A stretch of DNA of 64,000 bases from a bacterium (GTDB taxonomy: Bacteria > Patescibacteriota > Microgenomatia > Daviesbacterales > UBA10151), in the NCBI GenBank assembly GCA_021786105.1, contig JAJYNW010000006.1, positions 1 to 64,000 of the forward strand, written 5' to 3'. The notes below the pieces were generated by a model. It was given only the letters and a program-made list of their open reading frames with translations. It was not told the DNA's origin and did no database searches. Positions 56,992-64,000 of the stretch are shown piece after piece (the stretch's first letter is position 1; each line of letters starts with the position of its first letter). A program made the translations under genes and the position numbers.

Positions 56992-58008
56992 ATGAAACTT
57001 GGTTATATAGGTTTGGGCAGAATGGGGAAGAATATGGTTTTAAATCTTTTGGGAAAGGGAATTGAAGTGGTGGCTTGGAACAGGTCTCCCCAACCTCGGG
57101 AAGAGTTGAAAAAAGAAGCTGCAGGATTAAAAAGCGGTTCGGAAAATTTGGAAGTTGCTGAGAGTTTGGATGAATTAGTATCAATATTAAGAAATCAAGA
57201 TCGCCACGTCGCTGACACTCTCCCGCTTAGCGGGACTATAGCTCGCGATGACAATATTGTAATTTGGTTGATGGTCACTGCCGGGCCGGCAGTTGATGAA
57301 GTTATTAATCAGCTGGCGGAAAAGCTGGATAAAGGTGATTTAGTAATAGACGGCGGTAATTCCCTTTATACAGATACTTTAAGACGAAACGAAATATTAA
57401 CTAAAAAAGGCATTCATTTCATGGATGCCGGTACTTCCGGCGGAGTAGAAGGCGCAAGAGATGGTGCGTGTATTATGGTAGGCGGGGCTCCGGAGGATTA
57501 TAAGTTGGTAGAGCCTGTTTTGAAGGCAGCTGCCAAGCCTGATGCTTATGCTTATTTGGGCCCAGTGGGAGCAGGTCACTTTGCCAAAACTATTCACAAT
57601 GGGATTGAATACGGCATGATGGAAGCAATTGGTGAGGGGGCGGCAATATTGAAAAGTTCTCCTTTTCCATACGATTTGCGGGAAGTTTTTCGGATTTATA
57701 ACAACAGCTCGATTATTGAATCGAGATTAGTCGGTTGGACTCTAGCAGAATTGAAGAATGATCCTAAGCTGGAAAACATTTCTTCTGTAATAGGTTCAGG
57801 AGGCGGCGCAGGTAAAACTAAAGGTGAGGGCCACTGGACTGTGGAGCTGGCTAAGAGTTTAGAGGTGGATGTGCCCGTGATTGAAGCTTCTGTGGCAGTC
57901 CGGGATAATTCTGATCAAGATAAAGAGGATTCTCCCAATGGTTTTAGGAATAAAGTAGTAGCCGCCATGCGCTGGCAGTTTGGGCGCCACCCAGTTAAAA
58001 AGCATTAA
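56992..58008 (+). CDS. gnd: 6-phosphogluconate dehydrogenase, short form
   Basis: GLGRMG, IDGGNS, SGG, KTIHNGIEYG, QFGRH. Confidence 0.95.
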   Translation: MKLGYIGLGRMGKNMVLNLLGKGIEVVAWNRSPQPREELKKEAAGLKSGSENLEVAESLDELVSILRNQDRHVADTLPLSGTIARDDNIVIWLMVTAGPAVDEVINQLAEKLDKGDLVIDGGNSLYTDTLRRNEILTKKGIHFMDAGTSGGVEGARDGACIMVGGAPEDYKLVEPVLKAAAKPDAYAYLGPVGAGHFAKTIHNGIEYGMMEAIGEGAAILKSSPFPYDLREVFRIYNNSSIIESRLVGWTLAELKNDPKLENISSVIGSGGGAGKTKGEGHWTVELAKSLEVDVPVIEASVAVRDNSDQDKEDSPNGFRNKVVAAMRWQFGRHPVKKH

Positions 58009-58798
58009 TACAATATCCTACCTCGGAGGTAGGAGTGAGGTTACACCTAGGGTTTTAGGTAATTTTCAATCTTCCCCATCAATTAATAAATGCTTTACCG
58101 TTTCTAAGCTCTGTGCGTATTCTACCTGGTCTAACACAAATTGTTCATATTTCTTTTTAGTTTTGAACAAAGATAAGATGATATCATTTGTACAAACCCT
58201 GTCTATTTGTAAGCCAATATAAGCTAGGTAGGATGACCAAGAATAATCTTTTAGGTTTTTAACCAAAAACGATGCAATTGGATTTAAATGAATATATCGA
58301 GAAACATGAATAAGTTGCGTATCAGATTCTATTCTTACAGCTTTAAATTGCCCTTGTAAGAGCGGACCTATTCTATTGTGTTTTGCATTAAAAAATTTTG
58401 TATAACTATTTGAGATTTTATTGATAAACTCAGAAATACCATTTTCTTGGAGCTGTTTTATCAAGAAATGGTAATGATTTGGCATTAAGCAGTAACATAG
58501 AATCTCTACAATCTTTTCATTCTTCTCAAATTTGAAATCCTTAAACCTATTTAGTTGGGAAAATTGTGGTTTAGGTCCTTGGAATTGGTAATAATAAATT
58601 GTTTCCAGGAAGCGATTGTAATCTCTTTTATCTGTAAAGATTGGCAGTTTTGCTACACCACGATTAAAAACATGATAGATTTGATCATTAACAAGTGGGG
58701 TTGTTCGATAGGGCATATAAATAAACTAAACTATATAAACCCCACGTGTCAATACATTTCTACCTCGGAGGTAGGAGTATAATGATACATAGGGTTTT
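58007..58798 (-). mobile_element. RAYT cassette bounded by ~50-bp direct repeats containing a palindrome
   Basis: CTACCTCGGAGGTAGGAGT at ~58018 and ~58760, with shared AATACA and TAGGGTTTT flanks. Confidence 0.75.
58066..58716 (-). CDS. REP-associated tyrosine transposase (Y1 HUH)
   Basis: YHVFNRG, CLMPNHYH, YIHLNP, WSSY. Confidence 0.92.
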   Translation of the reverse strand: MPYRTTPLVNDQIYHVFNRGVAKLPIFTDKRDYNRFLETIYYYQFQGPKPQFSQLNRFKDFKFEKNEKIVEILCYCLMPNHYHFLIKQLQENGISEFINKISNSYTKFFNAKHNRIGPLLQGQFKAVRIESDTQLIHVSRYIHLNPIASFLVKNLKDYSWSSYLAYIGLQIDRVCTNDIILSLFKTKKKYEQFVLDQVEYAQSLETVKHLLIDGED

Positions 58799-58882
58799 GT
58801 GACTCTAAGCTTTTAGGATATACAATAGCGGAGCTTTATATCCTTACTTTCGGAGTTTTTTTATGCCACTGCTTACACCAGG

Positions 58883-59530
58883 TTACAAAAGTTTAGAGAG
58901 AATTTCGGTATGGTTTGAAATTACCGGTGCATCATCAGGAATTCTCGGATCTTTATCTGCTAAATCCCGGCAAAAATAGATAAAGCTGCAACCAGCGCTT
59001 TTGACTGCCAGATAATCGTTATAAGCATCGCCGACATAAACACAATCCTGTATAGGTAGTCCCATCAGCTTAGCGGTTAATAAAATCGGTTCCGGATCCG
59101 GTTTACCATGCTTATACATTTCCCAGGAAACCGTATTATCTTTTAACATTTGTAGGCCAAAAAGATGGTTGTAAATGGAAAGCGCAAAATCCCTGCGGGC
59201 GGAGGTACAAACCCACACATTTACTCCATGTTCCTTAAGTTTTTTATAAGCATCTAAAAAATTTTCAAACAATCCGGCTGCGTGAGTATTTTTATTAACA
59301 TATTCTTCTTTTGCTTGGACAAAACTTTTGCCGTGAGTAGCGAACTTTTCTCCCAGGATCATTTTGGCGGCTGTTTCGTTGGCCATGCCTTTTTGGTTCC
59401 GCAGAAAATCCTGGTTAATATCGATATCGTGGCTTTTGCCGGCTTCCTGCCAGCCTTGTTCATGGAGTTTGGTGGTGGAAATAATGGTTCCATCCAAATC
59501 ATAAATCACACCCTTTTTCTTGATGTCCAC
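58883..59530 (-). CDS. HAD phosphatase, beta-phosphoglucomutase-like
   Basis: DLDGT, KPDPE, VGD. Confidence 0.88.
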   Translation of the reverse strand: MDIKKKGVIYDLDGTIISTTKLHEQGWQEAGKSHDIDINQDFLRNQKGMANETAAKMILGEKFATHGKSFVQAKEEYVNKNTHAAGLFENFLDAYKKLKEHGVNVWVCTSARRDFALSIYNHLFGLQMLKDNTVSWEMYKHGKPDPEPILLTAKLMGLPIQDCVYVGDAYNDYLAVKSAGCSFIYFCRDLADKDPRIPDDAPVISNHTEILSKLL

Positions 59531-59552
59531 ACACCATATAATATACTAAGCG

Positions 59553-59894
59553 ATGGATAATGACAAAACTCTCCTAAAAATAGTCAAAACTTGGAATATT
59601 AAAATGCAGCCGGAATACCGGGGTTTTAGGTGTGCCGATTGCCAAAGGTATTTGCACAAAGCCTGGCATCACTACTTAAATTACGGCGGTTTTAAAACTC
59701 CTGTCCACTTTTGTAATAACTGCCAGAAAAAATTTGGTTCAAAAACTGGAATTCTTAAAATTTTTACCTGTGATAAATGTGGCCGAAATATGTTTAAAAC
59801 TTTTCATATTTGGACCAAAGAAGGTAAAAATTTAGTGGAAATCCATCTTTGTAAAGAGTGTTTTAACAAATCAAATCCGGCAAAAATCCATTGA
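59553..59894 (+). CDS. Small protein with two tandem Zn-finger-like repeats
   Basis: CADC...H...HFCNNC and CDKC...H...HLCKEC. Confidence 0.7.
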   Translation: MDNDKTLLKIVKTWNIKMQPEYRGFRCADCQRYLHKAWHHYLNYGGFKTPVHFCNNCQKKFGSKTGILKIFTCDKCGRNMFKTFHIWTKEGKNLVEIHLCKECFNKSNPAKIH

Positions 59895-61292
59895 GGGTTC
59901 AAGCCATGTTCGGCCATCTTCTTTGATCAGTTTATTTGCTTCTTCTGGTCCCCAAGTTCCAGGTTTATATATGTAAGGGTTGTTTTTGTTTTCAGCGAGC
60001 GGATCAATAAAAGCCCATTGGGTTTCTACTTCCTCAGCGTCATTAAAAAAGGTTTGATCACCCTTCATGGCATCACTCAAAAGTCTTTCATAAGGATCAG
60101 GGATATAGTGGTTGTGCGGGTCAATCCGGTAACAATATTGCATATATTCAGGCTGTAATTTGGTTTCCAGGCCGGGAATTTTGGTGAGAATCTTTAAGAC
60201 TATACCTTCGTTTGGCTGGATCCGGTAAATTAACACATTTGGTTCATCCCCTGAGTTTGATTTAATTAATCTATTCACAGGATTTTTAAAAATGATGGCT
60301 ATTTCTGTAACAGTTTGTTTTAATTTTTTACCGGCTCTGATATAGACCGGTACATTCTTAAAGCGCTCATTATTGATAAAGGTTTTTAAGGCATAAAATG
60401 TATCAGTATTTGAATCTGTTGCTACATTAACTTCCTTCTGATAACCTTCGTATTGGCCATAAACAATCTTTTGGGGTAAAGGGGTCAGGTTTTTTAGAAT
60501 TTTAATTCTTTCTTTGGTTACGGCCTTACTGCTAAGCTCGCTTGGCGCGTCCATAGTGGCAAAAGCCAGCATCTGCAGCTGGTGATTTTGCCCTACGTCT
60601 TTTAAAGCGCCAACTTGATCATAGTAACCGCCTCGTTTGCCGATACCAAAATCCTCACTGGCTAGGATCTGGATATGGTCAATGTGATCTTTGTTAATCA
60701 TGGGTTCAAAGATGTCGTTGGCAAACCTGAAAGTTAAGATATTCTGCAGGGTTTCTTTCCCTAAATAATGATCCAGCCGGTAAATTTGATCTTCAGTAAA
60801 GTATTCCAAAAGCAGTTTATTAAGTTCCTGGGCTGATTTAAGATCGTGGCCGATTGGTTTTTCAATCATTAACCTGACCCAGCCGTCCTGCTGGATATTT
60901 AGCTTATTTTTTTGTAAATTTTCAAAAACTTGAATATAAAGTTCCGGATAGGTAGCCAAATAAAAGATTCGGTTTTTGCGGTCTAAAAGTTTCGTCAATC
61001 TTTCGTATAGGTTTTGATCGTTAATTTGGCCGTTTAAGTATTTAAGTCTTTTATAAAGTTTCTGGAAGACTTGTTCTTTTATTTCATGCTTGTGATGAAT
61101 GTTTTCCAAGTGTAAAACTGAGTGAATGTAGTTTTTAAATTCCATTTCCGACATGGCAGTTCTGGCTATGCCGACAATAGTCATGTTGTCAGGTAAAATC
61201 CCTTTTTCCTCCATATCATAAAGGGCTGGGATGAGTTTAATTTGGGCTAAATTACTGGTGATACCGAAGATGGTTAAGGCAAAGGATTCCAT
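59871..61292 (-). CDS. zwf: Glucose-6-phosphate 1-dehydrogenase
   Basis: EKPIG, RLDHYLGKE, QNH, IQPNEG, YERL. Confidence 0.96.
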   Translation of the reverse strand: MESFALTIFGITSNLAQIKLIPALYDMEEKGILPDNMTIVGIARTAMSEMEFKNYIHSVLHLENIHHKHEIKEQVFQKLYKRLKYLNGQINDQNLYERLTKLLDRKNRIFYLATYPELYIQVFENLQKNKLNIQQDGWVRLMIEKPIGHDLKSAQELNKLLLEYFTEDQIYRLDHYLGKETLQNILTFRFANDIFEPMINKDHIDHIQILASEDFGIGKRGGYYDQVGALKDVGQNHQLQMLAFATMDAPSELSSKAVTKERIKILKNLTPLPQKIVYGQYEGYQKEVNVATDSNTDTFYALKTFINNERFKNVPVYIRAGKKLKQTVTEIAIIFKNPVNRLIKSNSGDEPNVLIYRIQPNEGIVLKILTKIPGLETKLQPEYMQYCYRIDPHNHYIPDPYERLLSDAMKGDQTFFNDAEEVETQWAFIDPLAENKNNPYIYKPGTWGPEEANKLIKEDGRTWLEPSMDFCRI

Positions 61293-61354
61293 TAATGTCC
61301 TACAACATACCACTTTTTTTCTCATAAGTCATCTGATATGTTAGTATACTGTTA

Positions 61355-62371
61355 ATGGATAATTTAGACCCGAAAAATGTGCTTGGTTCAACAGAAATGC
61401 TGGCAGATCAATGCAAACAAATATGGGAGGATGCAAAGAGTTTAGAGTTTCCGGATTCTTATAAAAATTGCCAGAATATTATCCTTTGCGGAATGGGTGG
61501 TTCTGCTTACGGAGGATATGTAGTTTCTTCGCTTTTTAAAGACAGTTTAAAGGCTTCAATTATTTCAAATAATGATTATGGTCTGCCGGCATTTGCCAAT
61601 GAAAATTCCCTAATTTTCCTTTCCAGTTATTCCGGATCAACAGAGGAGGTTTTGTCTTGCGCCCAAAAAGCTCAGGAAAAGAATCTTAAAATCACCGGCA
61701 CAACGAGCGGGGGAAAGTTGGGTGACCTCTTTAAAGATGAAGAAGCGCCTGGTTTAATATTTGATCCTAAATTTAACCCATCTGCTCAACCAAGATTAGG
61801 AACTGGGTATATGGTTTTAGGCTCAATCGGACTGTTAAATAAATTAGGGGTAATTTCTGTTTCGGATGAAGAAGTCTCAAAGGCAATTTCTGAGCTTGAG
61901 GAAAATACTGAAGATATTAAGGCAAAAGCAAAATCCTTGGTGGAAAAGATTAAAGGTTTCATTCCGGTAATAATTTCAGCGGAATTTTTAGCTGGAAATG
62001 CCCACATCATGAGAAACCAGTTTAACGAGACCGCCAAAAGCTTTGCCGCTTATTCTCAGCTTCCGGAATTAAACCATCATTTGATGGAAGGATTAAAAAA
62101 CCCGGCTGACCGGAAGTTATTAATGCTGTTTATTGCTTCGGATATGTATTCAGATAAATTAAAGAAAAGGCTGGAATTGACCAAGGATGTGGTCAATAAA
62201 AATAACGTAAATTATGAAGAGTATGTAGCAGAAGGCAGCTCAAAACTTTCGCAAATGCTCAATGTTTTATCTTTTGGAGGATTCCTGACTTTATACCTGG
62301 CTTTCTTATACGGTGAGGATCCAAGTTTGATTCCATGGGTGGATTATTTTAAGGAACAGTTGGCAAAATAG
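61355..62371 (+). CDS. Bifunctional phosphoglucose/phosphomannose isomerase (SIS)
   Basis: GMGGS, SYSGSTEE, QPR, NETAK, PELNHH. Confidence 0.92.
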   Translation: MDNLDPKNVLGSTEMLADQCKQIWEDAKSLEFPDSYKNCQNIILCGMGGSAYGGYVVSSLFKDSLKASIISNNDYGLPAFANENSLIFLSSYSGSTEEVLSCAQKAQEKNLKITGTTSGGKLGDLFKDEEAPGLIFDPKFNPSAQPRLGTGYMVLGSIGLLNKLGVISVSDEEVSKAISELEENTEDIKAKAKSLVEKIKGFIPVIISAEFLAGNAHIMRNQFNETAKSFAAYSQLPELNHHLMEGLKNPADRKLLMLFIASDMYSDKLKKRLELTKDVVNKNNVNYEEYVAEGSSKLSQMLNVLSFGGFLTLYLAFLYGEDPSLIPWVDYFKEQLAK

Positions 62372-63349
62372 TTAACGTTGGACAAATAGCACTGCCATGG
62401 GAAGACCTCTGCCGGGGCCTAGTTTGTAGCCGCCGTACCACAAAGCTGTGGAACCGCCCTCATCTAAATTCAAAGCCGAATCCATATTTAAAGCTTTCAT
62501 AACCTGAGCCGATTCACCCATCGTGGCATTGTGAACAAAACCAATATAAACCATATTGCCTTTGGCGGCAATGAATCCCCTAGGGCCTTTTTGGCCGAAT
62601 TTTGGTTCATTAGGCGCTTCAGAATAAGCAATGTTACCTCCGGCAACTAAAAGCGGATAATTGGCAATAACGCTGTCTATTCCGGTATCCCGGCCCCACT
62701 CCAAACTGCGGCTGACAAACCTGGCCGAACCCGGGGAGAAAATGGCCGCCGGAATGGTGGAATAAACATTATTATCCGAATTAAAGTAATGCTTGTTTTT
62801 GTTCATCAGCAAAGTATCGAAGGAATTAGTCTTGCCGGCGCAGGAAGGATATTCAGCCGGGCAAAAGAAGGAGCCGTTAATGCCGGCCCAGGCTCCATTC
62901 CGGCTGACATAATCCGCAAGAGGCAAAATCGGGCAATTATTGGCACAATCAGAATCTGAGGCCGTATCCACAATAACTTTTGTGGAATTCATATCAGCGG
63001 CAATAATGGAAACCGGGAAGGTTTGGCCATCGGCACTGACGTTTTGATAGGAATAGCCTGAACCAGGAGGGTTATTGTTGGAAACCGGCTGAGGGGCAAC
63101 GGAGGGTGTGGGTGTGGCAGTTGATTTAGGGGTGGGAATAGAGGTGGGAGCTGGAGTTGGCGTAGGTAATGAGGTGGGAGTGGTGGTAGGTGAGGGGGTA
63201 GAAGTTGGTTGAGTCACCAGGGAAGCCTGCTTTTTTGTAATATTGGTTATTTTGCCGTGGGTGGATTCATAAATTACCGCAGCTGAGATTACTGCAATTA
63301 CGATAATTATGGTAACAGGAATAAATCCTTGTTGATTTAGGAATTTCAT
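62372..63349 (-). CDS. Phosphodiester glycosidase (NAGPA/DUF2233) family exported protein
   Basis: GINGSFF, PR, ALNLDEGGST; QQGF N-terminus and Pro/Thr linker. Confidence 0.82.
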   Translation of the reverse strand: MKFLNQQGFIPVTIIIVIAVISAAVIYESTHGKITNITKKQASLVTQPTSTPSPTTTPTSLPTPTPAPTSIPTPKSTATPTPSVAPQPVSNNNPPGSGYSYQNVSADGQTFPVSIIAADMNSTKVIVDTASDSDCANNCPILPLADYVSRNGAWAGINGSFFCPAEYPSCAGKTNSFDTLLMNKNKHYFNSDNNVYSTIPAAIFSPGSARFVSRSLEWGRDTGIDSVIANYPLLVAGGNIAYSEAPNEPKFGQKGPRGFIAAKGNMVYIGFVHNATMGESAQVMKALNMDSALNLDEGGSTALWYGGYKLGPGRGLPMAVLFVQR

Positions 63350-63399
63350 GGACGGTTTCCCCTTTGTCATCCCGATGAAAATCGGGATCCACATAATAA

Positions 63400-64000
63400 T
63401 TATGTAGATTCCAGATCAAGTCTGGAATGACAGCTGGCTTTCGAATGGTGATTCTGTATAACTTCGGCAATTTGATCAACTGTTTCATCCAGTCTTCCGG
63501 GAACGTTTTCTATCACAAAATCATAGCAATTCTGGTATTCCTGCCAAAACTCCCGATCTTCCTGCATTCTTTTCCTGATTTCCTCTTCAGTCAGCCCGCG
63601 TTTATTCAATCTGTCTAAAATCACGTTGTCATCAACCGTCAGATATATGACTAGAGTTCTTTTTAATAAATCCTCAGCTAATTCCGGTGGAAAAGAATTC
63701 TTAATAAATTGCCTGATTTGACCGGCCCGGGAAGGATCAATCCGCCAAATCAAATCCTGATCTAAACTATCGGTAATTTGTGCTTTTTCGGTACCGTATA
63801 AATTTCCACCGTATTCCACCCATTCAATAAAATCCCCTTTTTCGGCTTTTTGCTTAAAATCAGCCTTGGAAATAAAATTATAATCTACCCCGTTTGCTTC
63901 ACCGTTTCTCAGTGTTCTGGAGGTGGTGGTAACTACTCTTTTGAACTGCGGAAAACGGGCCAAAAGCTTAGCCATAATGGTGTCCTTACCTGAAGCTGTT
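63400..64000 (-). CDS. gmk: Guanylate kinase (5' end outside window)
   Basis: ASGKDT P-loop, TTSR...GEANGVDYNF, YGT. Confidence 0.9.
   Translation of the reverse strand, partial: TASGKDTIMAKLLARFPQFKRVVTTTSRTLRNGEANGVDYNFISKADFKQKAEKGDFIEWVEYGGNLYGTEKAQITDSLDQDLIWRIDPSRAGQIRQFIKNSFPPELAEDLLKRTLVIYLTVDDNVILDRLNKRGLTEEEIRKRMQEDREFWQEYQNCYDFVIENVPGRLDETVDQIAEVIQNHHSKASCHSRLDLEST

Noticed and set aside
764-63618. Many short ORFs nested in or antisense to long genes
   Set aside because: Shadow frames of well-supported CDSs
1-64000. CRISPR array or cas genes
   Set aside because: No regularly spaced repeat-spacer run and no Cas motifs seen

Overview
AT-rich bacterial chromosome window. Gene content and promoter style suggest Patescibacteria/CPR, probably Microgenomates (inference). 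Core genes: PBP1A, dacA-like, GH18, cysS/mshC-like, rsmI, dedA, lexA, uvrB/A/C, secG, NRAMP, pyk, typA, glk, gnd, zwf, pgi/pmi, gmk (partial), three tRNAs (Lys-TTT, Lys-CTT, Arg-TCG), an IS630 end and a RAYT transposase. Main unexplained signals: (1) each tRNA-Lys gene is preceded by a copy of its own 5' third carrying a conserved, structured 85-86 nt D-loop insert; (2) a TTCTTAC 11-bp-period box at fixed distance from a -10 element at nine promoters, a candidate OmpR-family stress regulon; (3) two paralogous tasA-sipW loci, one with a SipW-substrate fusion and one with cohesin/dockerin-like modules; (4) a duplicated ~90-nt structured RNA candidate and a DUF3800-convergent sRNA; (5) a candidate LexA box that adds an unknown Zn-binding gene to the SOS regulon; (6) palindromic repeats inserted in frame in several enzymes. 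All calls were made by eye; no searches were run.
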